The notes below the pieces were generated by a model, which saw nothing but the letters and a program-made list of their open reading frames with translations, searched no databases and had not been told where the DNA came from. This document shows, piece by piece, positions 29,933 to 39,322 of a stretch of DNA of 64,000 nt. The stretch's first letter is position 1. Each line of letters begins with the position of its first letter. The stretch is from the IMG/VR virus record IMGVR_UViG_3300005253_001115, positions 124,001 through 188,000 of that record; one strand, 5' to 3'. The position numbers and the translations under genes were made by a program.

Positions 29933-30470
29933 CGAAGGATCTCCTTACTTTACGAGCCTCAAGGATAGTCCTGCCGTTCTCACCGATCTCGCGTAGAGCG
30001 AAGTAGGTCTCGTTCAGGTTTTGTCTAGCCATTTCACCGATACCCTTCAGGCTCTTCCATTGTGCCTGTCGTCTGATGACAGGTCCAAATACATAACGGA
30101 TCGCGGCTTCACGAGTTTCCTTGTTGGAGCACTTCTTCATCAGATCGTTATACTCGGTAAAGAGGTAGCTCTCTCCCGTGGAAATGACAATTTGCAGCTC
30201 GTCAATGGCGATGGAAGTCTGGATCATGATACCAGTGAGGCGGTCCCGGTATGCCTGGGTTTCCTGCATCTCGTCAATCAGTTGCTTCAGGTCGTCAGCA
30301 GTCTTGGGCTCAAACGGCTTGCGGTTGTCCTTGGCGAAAATGATGTAACGCCGTATCTCGTCCTTGAGCGAGCTATCCAGAGCGAATTTCTGTAGCTTGG
30401 CCTGACGGTTGATCTTGATGACTTTCTCATCCCCCATGGCCTCTGCAAATAGGTTTTCGGCCTCAGCCAT
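29925..30470 (-). CDS. Hypothetical coiled-coil protein, possibly UvsY-like recombination mediator
   Basis: All-helical 181 aa next to replication genes; the functional guess rests on size, composition and context only. Confidence 0.3.
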   Translation of the reverse strand: MAEAENLFAEAMGDEKVIKINRQAKLQKFALDSSLKDEIRRYIIFAKDNRKPFEPKTADDLKQLIDEMQETQAYRDRLTGIMIQTSIAIDELQIVISTGESYLFTEYNDLMKKCSNKETREAAIRYVFGPVIRRQAQWKSLKGIGEMARQNLNETYFALREIGENGRTILEARKVRRSFDA

Positions 30471-30834
30471 CTTTCTTTCTCCTATAGATGAATACGTACA
30501 TACGGTTCTTCAGATATGCACCGAACTTGATTAAGCGAATAGAAGAGTCTGGTTTGCCTCTTAGCTTGGGTAGAACCATGTCCTTGGGCTTCTCACCCTT
30601 CTTCACATAGTCCAACAACACGTAGAAGTTGTCGTCTATAATAGAGGGGCTGCCCTTAAAGTCCAGCACGTAACCTACGCAGTAACCTCTTTTGTTGTAA
30701 AACCCTGTGAGTGTCACTTTGTGGTCGTTGAAGAGCTTCTCGGAACGTGGCTCCAAATCCGACACAGCCTTAGCCACTCTCAGAACGTATTTATGCTCCG
30801 TAACCTTCAAGAGGCTACCAATAGGGTAGATCAT
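30463..30834 (-). CDS. Hypothetical basic protein
   Basis: ORF from MIYPIGSLLK; K-rich. Confidence 0.45.
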   Translation of the reverse strand: MIYPIGSLLKVTEHKYVLRVAKAVSDLEPRSEKLFNDHKVTLTGFYNKRGYCVGYVLDFKGSPSIIDDNFYVLLDYVKKGEKPKDMVLPKLRGKPDSSIRLIKFGAYLKNRMYVFIYRRKKDG

Positions 30835-30844
30835 CCATGTCAAC

Positions 30845-31075
30845 TTACTCTTCATCGTCGTCGTCGTTATTTGTAAAATACACCACTGGCATAAAGATCG
30901 GCCACCCAAAAGCTGAAATTACGGTCCAGAAACGGTACGCTATAGGCCCCACGTCGTACTCGTCTGCGGGATTGAAACCCTCCTCAAGGCTCTCGGCGTC
31001 CAACAGCCACAGCTCCACTAGTCGGTAGCACCCTACCCCAAACCAAATTCCAAACACGATGCCGTATAGATCCAA
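30845..31075 (-). CDS. Small membrane protein
   Basis: Two hydrophobic segments (YGIVFGIWFGVGCY; FWTVISAFGWPIFMPVVYF) and an acidic tail. Confidence 0.5.
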   Translation of the reverse strand: MDLYGIVFGIWFGVGCYRLVELWLLDAESLEEGFNPADEYDVGPIAYRFWTVISAFGWPIFMPVVYFTNNDDDDEE

Positions 31076-31079
31076 TAGT

Positions 31080-32192
31080 CTAGTCCTGTAGAACTGGAGA
31101 CACGGAGGATGCGGGGACCTTGAGGCTCTCCATCACGATCGTGTCTTCCATGACCAGTAAGCGCGTCGGGCCGTACTTCAGCCCCTCGTCTCGGGTCAGC
31201 TTCAAAATGTCTTGGAAGGTATCCGAGCTTACTCGGAATTCCACATCTTCGTCACCATCCATAGTGACGTTAATGTCGAACTCAGACTCCATCTCTCCGG
31301 CAGCGCTCTCCGCAGAGAGGACGGCCAAGCCCTCCTTCTTGATGGTGACGAAAAATCGTGCTCCGTCCTTGTCCGCAGACCGGATGATGCCTTTGGTGGC
31401 GTCGATTGCGTCAGTTACTGCATTGCCGTCGAACTCTACCACGGCGAGATGATCTCCCTCGGATTTAAGCTGGGTAATCACCTCCTTCACATCCTGAGAG
31501 TCTTCTTGCATCACGGCGTGATAGAGATCAAATGTGTCCGTCCGAAGACGAAAGAAACAATCGTCAGCACCCATCTTGACGACACCATCGGGCTGAACCT
31601 TGGATATGATGTTCCGCCAGACCTCTAGCTCGACTGTGAGTTGGAAAGCTTCCTTGGCACGAATCTCCTCATTGGAGACCCCGTAGTGTGTACCCATGTA
31701 GGTGTCGTAAGCGCTGATGTTCAGCTCTCTGTTCTCGACTTGGAGAATGACGGTAGGGCTGCTGGCGTCTATTAGCGGCTTGAATGCCGTGGCCCCGGTT
31801 GCGAATACCAGCAGCTTAGCCGGAACCACAGCCTGGACTTTCACAGTATCCTCTGGGCGCTCGATGTCGATGTCCTCTTCAGGGAGAACCCGAATGGCAC
31901 CACGGGTTCTACCCATAGTTACATTAACATTGTCCCCGTCTTCGAATACCATTGTAAGCGTCTTCGTCTTGGGCTTCACAGACCCTAGGAACTCGATCTT
32001 CGTGCAACACGCACCCTCGCCAGAGCTGGACTCAAGCTTCAAGGGCACCTGAACGTAAGCCTCGGGGTTGGACGCCTCGATACGCGCCTTCCCGTCCGCC
32101 AGCTTCAGGATGCAGTCCACCTCTGTACCCAGAAGGGATGTAATGGTAGAAACTGCCATGTTGTAGGACTCAGATTCGACTACCAGTTCCAT
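31080..32192 (-). CDS. DNA polymerase sliding clamp (bacterial beta/DnaN-like)
   Basis: 370 aa, acidic, three repeated alpha/beta domains (LADGKARIEASNPE; VENRELNISAYD; KEGLAVLSAESAAGEMESEF...DVEFRVSSDTFQDIL); length and pattern match DnaN. Confidence 0.65.
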   Translation of the reverse strand: MELVVESESYNMAVSTITSLLGTEVDCILKLADGKARIEASNPEAYVQVPLKLESSSGEGACCTKIEFLGSVKPKTKTLTMVFEDGDNVNVTMGRTRGAIRVLPEEDIDIERPEDTVKVQAVVPAKLLVFATGATAFKPLIDASSPTVILQVENRELNISAYDTYMGTHYGVSNEEIRAKEAFQLTVELEVWRNIISKVQPDGVVKMGADDCFFRLRTDTFDLYHAVMQEDSQDVKEVITQLKSEGDHLAVVEFDGNAVTDAIDATKGIIRSADKDGARFFVTIKKEGLAVLSAESAAGEMESEFDINVTMDGDEDVEFRVSSDTFQDILKLTRDEGLKYGPTRLLVMEDTIVMESLKVPASSVSPVLQD

Positions 32193-32194
32193 GC

Positions 32195-32770
32195 TTACCT
32201 CATCACAGAGAGAAGAATTGTCGCGATCATGCGAGCGTCATCCACGCCCCTGTGGGGTCGTCCATCGAACTTTAGACCCAGAATATCCAGGGCCTTTCCT
32301 ACACCGAATCCCTTGGATCGCCCTGTCAGCATCGAGAAAAGCCCCTTGATGTTGTAGTGTGCCCGCGCGAACGGGTACGTGATGCCCTTCCTGGCGCATT
32401 CTCGGTAAAGCTGAACTCGGTCGTAATCTCCCCAGCTACCCCAGGGTTGCTGGCTGAGATCAAACTTGTTCGCTTTGCACCAAACCTTCAGGTCATTCTT
32501 TAGTGTGACCTCCAGATTCGGCTTGTCCTTCACATCCTCGAAGGTTAGGCTCGTCAGTTCCTCGCAGAACTGTCCCATGGGGCCATCCGGCCGCACTAGA
32601 AAAGATTCGACCGCCTCGATTTCCTTGGCGGGCAGGTTGTAAATGACAGCCCCGATCTCGGTGATTTCCTGATCTTGGGCGGCTACCCAGCCTGCGGGCT
32701 TATCGGCATCGTCATCTCGGAAGCACGTAGCCTCGAAATCGACAATCAGCATTTTTGACCATTGGTGCAT
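32195..32770 (-). CDS. DEDDh 3'-5' exonuclease (ERI-1/KapD family)
   Basis: IVDFEATC...EITEIGAV...FCEELTSL...SWGDYD...FDGRPHRGVDDA. Confidence 0.9.
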   Translation of the reverse strand: MHQWSKMLIVDFEATCFRDDDADKPAGWVAAQDQEITEIGAVIYNLPAKEIEAVESFLVRPDGPMGQFCEELTSLTFEDVKDKPNLEVTLKNDLKVWCKANKFDLSQQPWGSWGDYDRVQLYRECARKGITYPFARAHYNIKGLFSMLTGRSKGFGVGKALDILGLKFDGRPHRGVDDARMIATILLSVMR

Positions 32771-35715
32771 TATTCAATCTCCTCTTCTGGATCGCGCCCG
32801 AACATTTCGAACATGAAAGGACTTGGGTCCTGTTCCTGTATACTGCTCCATTTGCGTACTTGCTCGGGATAACTGACGTGAAGGTGGTCTTTGGCTCTGG
32901 TGACGGCCACGTAGAACAGTCTACGCTCCTCGTCACCTCGTCCTTCGTCCACGGCTAGTGTGAAGGGCACCACACCTGCTGCGGCCCCCACAATGAATAC
33001 TATCGGAAACTCCAGACCTTTACTTGAGTGCATTGACATCAGGGACACAGCGTCATCGACTCGATTATCGTCCCCTTCCTGCACCAACGCGATCTGCTGG
33101 AGAAACTTCTCCAGCGAGGGCTTCGAGTTGGCATCTTCAAATTCTCCAATTCCGATGACGAACGTCTCCAGATTCTCCAATCGCTGGATGCTCCGGGGTC
33201 CGTCTTTTTCTTCATCAGCCTCATTCTTGAGATGGCCCATGTAGCCACTTTCTCGAACAAGCTCATCAACTACGGTCATTAAGCTCCTACCGTTGCGCAT
33301 CTCCTCTCGTTTTCGTTCCATTAGCATAGCAAATTCATCGAGAAGCGCCCGTGTTGATTTTCGCCCGGTCCTGATCTTGGCCGCAGCGTCCGTTACGTTG
33401 ATTCCCTCTTTCTTGGCCAATATGTCTATCTTGCCGATCAGGACATCTCCAACGCCTCTCTTAGGATACGAAATCGCTTGCGCAAAAGCTGCACTATCCG
33501 CCGGGTTCGTGAGGAGCTTCATGTAGGCCAGAGTCGTCTTGATTTCCTTACGAGCGAAAAAGCTGGGGCCTCCCTTGGTCTTGTAGGGAATGCTGCTCTG
33601 GCTAAGGGCCATCTCAAACGCCTGGGATTGCTTGTTGAGGCGATAGATGACTGCCATGTCCCCCCACTTGTATCCCTTGTCGTGATAGCAGTGCATCAGA
33701 TGCGCAGTCTGGTTAGCTTCCTCCCACTCGTTCTCATATCGGTGGATTTCTACAGCACCACCCTCACCCCTCTCCGATATGAGTTCCACGTCATCGTTGT
33801 TTGGGTTCTGCCGTATTACATTCTGTGCCTTCTCCAGAATCTCTGACCGGGACCGGTAGTTCCTAGGCAACTCTAGGATCAAGGCTCCGGGATAGTCCTT
33901 CTGGAAATTCTTGAGGTTCTCCGGCTTGGCTCCCCGCCAGGAAAATATGGATTGGTCATAATCCCCAACCATAAACAAGTTTCCGTGGGACGCAAGAATT
34001 CTTGCGATGGCGTATTGGACATCGTTCGTGTCCTGGGCCTCATCGACCATGATGAACTTGAAGCGCTTGGATAGCTTGGTAGCGATGTCCGGGCACTTCG
34101 TCAGGATCTTCCATGTCAGGTACAACATACCGCTGAAATCGACGGCATTGGCGTCGTGAAGCTCACGAATGTACATACCGATACGGGGGTCGCAGTTCTC
34201 CAGATCGAACGGCTTAGCGCTTTCTCGGAGGTCTCCTGCGACGTTCATTAGCCTGCCTCGCTCTTTCGGACCCAGCTTTAGGTCTTCGTCCTCCTGCTCT
34301 GCCGCCCACATTCGGTGGACCTTTTGCATTAGGCCCTTGCAGTCATCATCGTCGTAGATGGAAAAACCGTCTCTCAGTCCTACCCTATCGCCGTAGCTGC
34401 GAAGCAGTTTCACACCCATTTTGTGGAAAGTGCTGACCCAGACGCGCTTGGCTCCGGGATCAGAAGCCAGGATACGCTCCTTCATCTCGGTGGACGCCTT
34501 GTTGGTGAAGGTAATGCAACAGATCGAGCGCGGGTCCTCTCCCCGAGCAAGGAGACGGATCACCCGCTGGGTGAGGGTGGCCGTTTTACCAGAATTGTGA
34601 GTAACCGTAAAATCCTCCAGCAGATATAAGCTGTCTCCGTCTAGAGCGAACCCAAAATATTCGTCAGGTGCTGATTCTTTTAGACTGAACCCCGTAACAC
34701 GGTGATTTTTAATCTGCTTTCTGTAAGATCCTTTCTTTCTACTTAGCTTAGCTGGAATTAAGTCGCAGTTACCAGAAATAGATACCTTCCAGTAAGTTCC
34801 CCATCTTTCCGATCCCCTGTATGTGCAATATTTATCTACTGGTCGCGTGTAAGCGGCGAACCCCAGACTTCGCGCCAAAAAGGCAATGTCTTCAAGCAGT
34901 GCTTCGCGTTTCTGCGTAATCTCATAGCACCCCTTGCCATAATAGCCGTCAGAATCAATCAACCCAGCTAACAGCCACAAACGATCGTCCACGCTTGCGG
35001 TTAGATATACTTTTGGTATGTGTTTATTTTCCAGAACACCTATTTGTCGTAGACTGTTGCGAGCAGGATTTTTGAAAGGTTTAACTAAGCCCCCCGACTG
35101 CACTGCCGCATACGTTGTCGCTTTATTACCCCCGGGCAGCTTATATTTGTTTATTTCGGAACCCAAGGAAGTGGCCCAAGCACACCACGCTTCCTGCACT
35201 TCGTTATCCATAGTGGTTAATGTAGGGCTGTGAGAACATCCGTCGCCCAACCAAAGACCTAGTATGTATGGAGGGACAGGAAGTTCAGATTTAGCTTCCC
35301 AGTTAATTGCTTCGGAACGATAAAGCTTAGATCTAGCTTTAAGTCCGGGTCCCTGTTGAATAAAGGTAGAAACCTTCATGTTAAAGTTAGGTTTATCCTT
35401 GTGTCTATTTCCTGACCGGCGTAGAGCAAGAATGTGATCTTCGTTTACAAAAAACGATTTTCCTTTTACCGGAATGACTTCATACATTTTACCGAAGCCT
35501 GTTTTTAGCTCTAAAACTCGCCTGGGTTTGCTGTCAGGTCCCATAAGAAGGTCACCGACAAGAACCCCACTCACGTCCTTCATGCTGCCATCAAACATAA
35601 TTACCCGAGTGCCGCGAGGGTGGCACCCCGGAACTGCTGTTACTAGGCAGGCTCCTGTGTAGTGGTTTGCGGCTTTTTCTTGTTCAGCATTGAGGTTAAC
35701 GGAAGAGGAACTCAT
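32770..35715 (-). CDS. uvrD: UvrD/PcrA SF1 DNA helicase containing an intein
   Basis: Spliced Walker A AVPG/SGKT; ITFTNKA, STFH, VDEAQD, VGDYDQSIFSWRGA, NYRS, LMSMHSSKGLEF, EERRLFYVAVTRAK. Confidence 0.95.
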   Translation of the reverse strand: MSSSSVNLNAEQEKAANHYTGACLVTAVPGCHPRGTRVIMFDGSMKDVSGVLVGDLLMGPDSKPRRVLELKTGFGKMYEVIPVKGKSFFVNEDHILALRRSGNRHKDKPNFNMKVSTFIQQGPGLKARSKLYRSEAINWEAKSELPVPPYILGLWLGDGCSHSPTLTTMDNEVQEAWCAWATSLGSEINKYKLPGGNKATTYAAVQSGGLVKPFKNPARNSLRQIGVLENKHIPKVYLTASVDDRLWLLAGLIDSDGYYGKGCYEITQKREALLEDIAFLARSLGFAAYTRPVDKYCTYRGSERWGTYWKVSISGNCDLIPAKLSRKKGSYRKQIKNHRVTGFSLKESAPDEYFGFALDGDSLYLLEDFTVTHNSGKTATLTQRVIRLLARGEDPRSICCITFTNKASTEMKERILASDPGAKRVWVSTFHKMGVKLLRSYGDRVGLRDGFSIYDDDDCKGLMQKVHRMWAAEQEDEDLKLGPKERGRLMNVAGDLRESAKPFDLENCDPRIGMYIRELHDANAVDFSGMLYLTWKILTKCPDIATKLSKRFKFIMVDEAQDTNDVQYAIARILASHGNLFMVGDYDQSIFSWRGAKPENLKNFQKDYPGALILELPRNYRSRSEILEKAQNVIRQNPNNDDVELISERGEGGAVEIHRYENEWEEANQTAHLMHCYHDKGYKWGDMAVIYRLNKQSQAFEMALSQSSIPYKTKGGPSFFARKEIKTTLAYMKLLTNPADSAAFAQAISYPKRGVGDVLIGKIDILAKKEGINVTDAAAKIRTGRKSTRALLDEFAMLMERKREEMRNGRSLMTVVDELVRESGYMGHLKNEADEEKDGPRSIQRLENLETFVIGIGEFEDANSKPSLEKFLQQIALVQEGDDNRVDDAVSLMSMHSSKGLEFPIVFIVGAAAGVVPFTLAVDEGRGDEERRLFYVAVTRAKDHLHVSYPEQVRKWSSIQEQDPSPFMFEMFGRDPEEEIE
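34594..35625 (-). mobile_element. Class 1 intein with LAGLIDADG endonuclease (344 aa) in the UvrD P-loop
   Basis: Starts CHPRGT, block B VNEDHIL, LGLWLGDG, LLAGLIDSDG, ends VTHN followed by Ser+1; AT-richer than the extein. Confidence 0.95.
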
Positions 35716-36643
35716 GATTACCCTGGGCTAAGATTGTGTTGCACTCGTAGTGGTCTAGGATGTCTGTCATTTGCTGCTTGGAGCCCCGGTGGTGCGTCTC
35801 CTCCAGCTCCAGTTCCTTCTTTAGGGTAATGATCTCCAGATTCCGCCGGACGAGCTGTTCGTACTCAACGAGAAGCTTGTGTGCTCGGGGCTTCTCCAGC
35901 CTCGCAGCCGCCTCAATCACCAGAGACACGGGGTCTCCGGTTCCCTCGGCGTAGCTAACATTCCGCATGGCCTCGTGAAAGGCTTTCGTGGGTATTCGTG
36001 GCACCTTGGGGATATTATCGCTCACGTCCCCCATCACCGCCTTGTAGAGAGCGATCATGTGGGCTCGCTTGCGGGTGGTGTCGAACTTCTTCAGCAGGTC
36101 CGCATCTGTTACCTTCTCTGACTTTCGAAGGCTGATCTGGGTCACCCGAGGATTGTTAAGAAGCTGCCAGAGATCCTTGTCGGAAGAGAACACGAAGGTA
36201 GGCTTCCGGTACTTCTTCGTGATGGTGGCGATAACGTCATCGGCCTCCTCGCCCGCAGCCTCAGCGAAGGTGCAGGGAAAGGTCGCTAGGAAGTCGAAGA
36301 AGCTCTCCAGTCGCTCGTTTCTCTCTTCCTCTTGCATCACCTGATTTTCGTCCCGGTTCATCTTGTACTCCGGGAAGAGCGCCTGTTTTTCTGTAGGCTC
36401 GTTATCGAGAGCGATCACCAGTGCAATACGCTGTCCGGGCTTCGTGTATTTCTTGACGTGCCCACGGATGCGTTGGAACGTGCCGAATACTTGAGACGAG
36501 GGCCTACCGTCGCTGGTAGCCAGCGGTCCTAGGTACTTACTTAGGGTTACAGAGAAGAATAGGTTCAGTGCATCATAGACAAAGATCGCGCTAGCTTTGT
36601 CCGGCGTTGTGAACCGGCTCTGAGTCCCGAACAGGGGTTTCAT
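35696..36643 (-). CDS. 5'-3' exonuclease/flap endonuclease (Pol I N-terminal/T4 RNase H-like)
   Basis: VYDALNL, LFPEYKMNR, EADDVIAT, SSDKDLWQL, MGDVSDNIPKVPRI. Confidence 0.9.
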   Translation of the reverse strand: MKPLFGTQSRFTTPDKASAIFVYDALNLFFSVTLSKYLGPLATSDGRPSSQVFGTFQRIRGHVKKYTKPGQRIALVIALDNEPTEKQALFPEYKMNRDENQVMQEEERNERLESFFDFLATFPCTFAEAAGEEADDVIATITKKYRKPTFVFSSDKDLWQLLNNPRVTQISLRKSEKVTDADLLKKFDTTRKRAHMIALYKAVMGDVSDNIPKVPRIPTKAFHEAMRNVSYAEGTGDPVSLVIEAAARLEKPRAHKLLVEYEQLVRRNLEIITLKKELELEETHHRGSKQQMTDILDHYECNTILAQGNHEFLFR

Positions 36644-36869
36644 CTTCATTGCCCATTTTCTCCACTTCAAGTGTTTGCATGTTCACCCTGAACCACTGGT
36701 TCCGGTCGGAGCCAGCGGGGATCACATTGAACTCAACAGTATCATCCCTCATGCAGAAACCAATCTGGTTTCCCTCTGCGGTTTCGATCAGAGCGCCAGA
36801 GTAGACTTCTTTGATTACCGGGCACATCTCCTTGTAGTCTATATCAATCTTCATTTTCGTCCTCAACAA
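36591..36869 (-). CDS. Hypothetical protein
   Basis: Short ORF in tight packing (IKEVYSGALIETAEGNQIGFCMRD). Confidence 0.45.
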   Translation of the reverse strand: MLRTKMKIDIDYKEMCPVIKEVYSGALIETAEGNQIGFCMRDDTVEFNVIPAGSDRNQWFRVNMQTLEVEKMGNEDETPVRDSEPVHNAGQS

Positions 36870-37194
36870 TCGTCTTTGCTAGTGCGGCCTTCTTCTCATC
36901 TATGTCCTTCATGATAGCCTTATGTCGGTCCGTCATGGAGGTGACCTTCTTTCCCTTCTTGGCTTTCAGCTCTCTAGCTACAAGGAACATAGCTTCACCA
37001 GTCTTCTTGCGGCTACTGGCACCGGATATCTTCCATGCCCTATCGAGAAGCTCTTGGGCACGCTTGAAGTCCCGGCCTTTATCGAGCCCGAGATGCTTCA
37101 CAAGATGTAGAAGCCCTCTCGCGAGAAGCTTCTCGTCCCCATTCTTGTCCTTCGATCGGCGGAAGTAATCTTGCGCGCGGTCAATATCAGCCAT
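36844..37194 (-). CDS. Hypothetical basic helical protein
   Basis: 116 aa with a two-fold internal repeat (DIDRAQDYF / DFKRAQELL); RBS AGGAG. Confidence 0.5.
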   Translation of the reverse strand: MADIDRAQDYFRRSKDKNGDEKLLARGLLHLVKHLGLDKGRDFKRAQELLDRAWKISGASSRKKTGEAMFLVARELKAKKGKKVTSMTDRHKAIMKDIDEKKAALAKTIVEDENED

Positions 37195-37552
37195 TGTTTC
37201 TCTCCTTTTGATCTCTTATTGCTGCCCTGCGCGAGAACAGCTCTCGCTCCATAGCTATAAGTTTCTTGCCCATTACCCGAATGCAGGATTGCGCGTTCCG
37301 GTGTGACCAGTCGCTACCGGATTGCTGATCTACTTCACCTAGACCGCACGTTTTGCATGTTCTCTCATCAAAGGAAGCAATGTGTGCATCAATCTCCTTC
37401 TGCGTCGTTTTACAGTGGCACGTCTCCCCTGCCAGCGGTGCCCCAAGAGAGTCGCGCCGAAAAGCATAGTCACACGTAAAGCTTTTTCCGTTGTTGTGGA
37501 CGCTTCTATGGTGTCCGCACCCCCGGCAATCGGTGTATCGGTTGTTCATCAA
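37187..37552 (-). CDS. Hypothetical Cys/His-rich (zinc-binding) protein
   Basis: CRGCGHH..H, CHC, CKTC, H..C motifs. Confidence 0.5.
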   Translation of the reverse strand: MMNNRYTDCRGCGHHRSVHNNGKSFTCDYAFRRDSLGAPLAGETCHCKTTQKEIDAHIASFDERTCKTCGLGEVDQQSGSDWSHRNAQSCIRVMGKKLIAMERELFSRRAAIRDQKERNNG

Positions 37553-37968
37553 TCACCCTTCTGGATTCGATAGCTGTCGTCTTCAAAGTGCTGCGTTGAA
37601 ATCTCAATAATAGTGGACTGTGCATCTACGCCAATGAACTGGTGCGGAGTGTTCGGCGGGATAACCAACCTGTCGCCCTTCTCCATCAAGAATTCAGAAC
37701 CGTGCTCGATGTTCGGGAACTCTTCAAGAAAGACCATCGGCCCTGTAGGCCACCCGTGAGAGTCGTCTTCCCACACCCTCATGATAATACAGCCATCCTG
37801 AATGTAGAACGTCTCGTCCTTGAGCTTGTGGAAATGGATAGAGCATCTGAGACCCGTTTCTACTACTAGCAGCTTGCCGCAGTACAGCTCGCTGTTGGCC
37901 ATCAATTTTTCATAGCCCCAGCCCTTGCGATGGAATGCTACGTCTCGGTCCTTAGAGATCATCGTCAT
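37549..37968 (-). CDS. Cupin (sugar isomerase-like)
   Basis: KGWGYE...YCGKLL...CSIHFHKLKDETFYI...GDRLVIPPNTPHQF...EISTQHFEDDSYR. Confidence 0.85.
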   Translation of the reverse strand: MTMISKDRDVAFHRKGWGYEKLMANSELYCGKLLVVETGLRCSIHFHKLKDETFYIQDGCIIMRVWEDDSHGWPTGPMVFLEEFPNIEHGSEFLMEKGDRLVIPPNTPHQFIGVDAQSTIIEISTQHFEDDSYRIQKGD

Positions 37969-39322
37969 CGTCCTCTCCAATGTTTCCAAACATGGGCTTT
38001 GCTGTCGGGTGTCGTTCGTGCTTCTTCCTGCCCTTCTTTTTAATGGCTACATCCTTGGCGTTGTCAGGGTTTCCCGGATTCCTAAATTGCTGGGTCTTGA
38101 AGCGCTCTACCAGAGGGAACTTGAAGCGCGGGCTGTGCCGGGCCTTGACTACGTTGATCTCAACAAGGTGACTCTCATTCTCAGCGTCACCGTAGACCCA
38201 CGTAAGCATATAATCGCTATTTTCCCTGATGGCCTTACTGTACTTAACGTCTCCCTGCTCATTTAGCTGTGCCAACACGACCCAAGCAGTATTTGTGGAA
38301 CTTGCCTGTTGCTTGGCTTCCTTAGCGATATCTCCCAGAAGTTTGGCGTCATTGGAGTTCTTGCTAGTACCCTCTTCTTCTGTGAGAAGGTTGATGTAGT
38401 CAATGACGATGAGGTCGTAGTTGAGGGCGCGCATCTCCAAGGCAATTTCGGACAACGTAGCTCGGCTTCTGTGATAAATGTCGAAGCGCTTGTTGCCGTC
38501 TTCGCACTCTTTTTGCCATTTAGCCGCCTCCCTACTGATGACGGTCTTCTGCATCTCTGTGAGTGATGCTCTATTGATAGCACCGTAGTCTACACCAGAC
38601 AGATTCGAATCGACTCGCCCTGTGGTCTGCTCTTTGTGCATTTCCAAAGTTACGATAGCCGCACTGTACCCAGCTTTTACAGTGTTAAGGCACATCTGCA
38701 CAGCCATGCAGCTCTTACCGCCGCCGGAAGTAGCGGCCAATACGGTGAGACCTCCACGGGGTAATCCACCTGCCGAGGCGTCAAATTCGTGGAACCCGGT
38801 AGGGATTGTGTTAGGCTTCTTTCGGCTGAGAAGTAGTGCTGTAGCCTCAAGGAAGTTACCGTCTGCTCCCATCGACAGGGTTTCGTCGGACTGGTCGGTT
38901 CTGGCCTTTAGGAGCATCTGCTCCAAAATCGTGAAGGCGTCCTCAGGGTTCACATTATCGTCCTTCATGAACGCGAAGGTTTCGGACAAGCCATCATTGA
39001 TTACACGACATTTTCGCATTGTTTCTAGAGAGTGATGTAGTTGCTCGGCATCACCCTCTGTTTTCACTGCGGGGTAGGCTACGGGGTCGAGCAACTCGCG
39101 AGCTTCTTGTGAGAGCAGGGTGTCGTGCTGCATGGTGTCGTAGGTCGGCATCTCTTTACGAGACTTGACCATGGCCATGATGCGGGTGTACGTCTCGACA
39201 GTCCGTGCGTCACTAAAGTGGTCGGGTCGAAGGAACGCAGCAAGGTAGGTTCGTGACTTGTCATGGAAGCCGATAAGCGTCATGAGAGCCTTTACCTCGT
39301 TGTCAAGATCCTGAACGTTCAT
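37952..39322 (-). CDS. dnaB: DnaB-like replicative helicase
   Basis: IPTGF..FD..GGL..GGLTVLAATSGGGKS, TLEM, LIVIDYINLL, VLAQLN, SKAIRENSD, KARH. Confidence 0.9.
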   Translation of the reverse strand: MNVQDLDNEVKALMTLIGFHDKSRTYLAAFLRPDHFSDARTVETYTRIMAMVKSRKEMPTYDTMQHDTLLSQEARELLDPVAYPAVKTEGDAEQLHHSLETMRKCRVINDGLSETFAFMKDDNVNPEDAFTILEQMLLKARTDQSDETLSMGADGNFLEATALLLSRKKPNTIPTGFHEFDASAGGLPRGGLTVLAATSGGGKSCMAVQMCLNTVKAGYSAAIVTLEMHKEQTTGRVDSNLSGVDYGAINRASLTEMQKTVISREAAKWQKECEDGNKRFDIYHRSRATLSEIALEMRALNYDLIVIDYINLLTEEEGTSKNSNDAKLLGDIAKEAKQQASSTNTAWVVLAQLNEQGDVKYSKAIRENSDYMLTWVYGDAENESHLVEINVVKARHSPRFKFPLVERFKTQQFRNPGNPDNAKDVAIKKKGRKKHERHPTAKPMFGNIGEDDDDDL

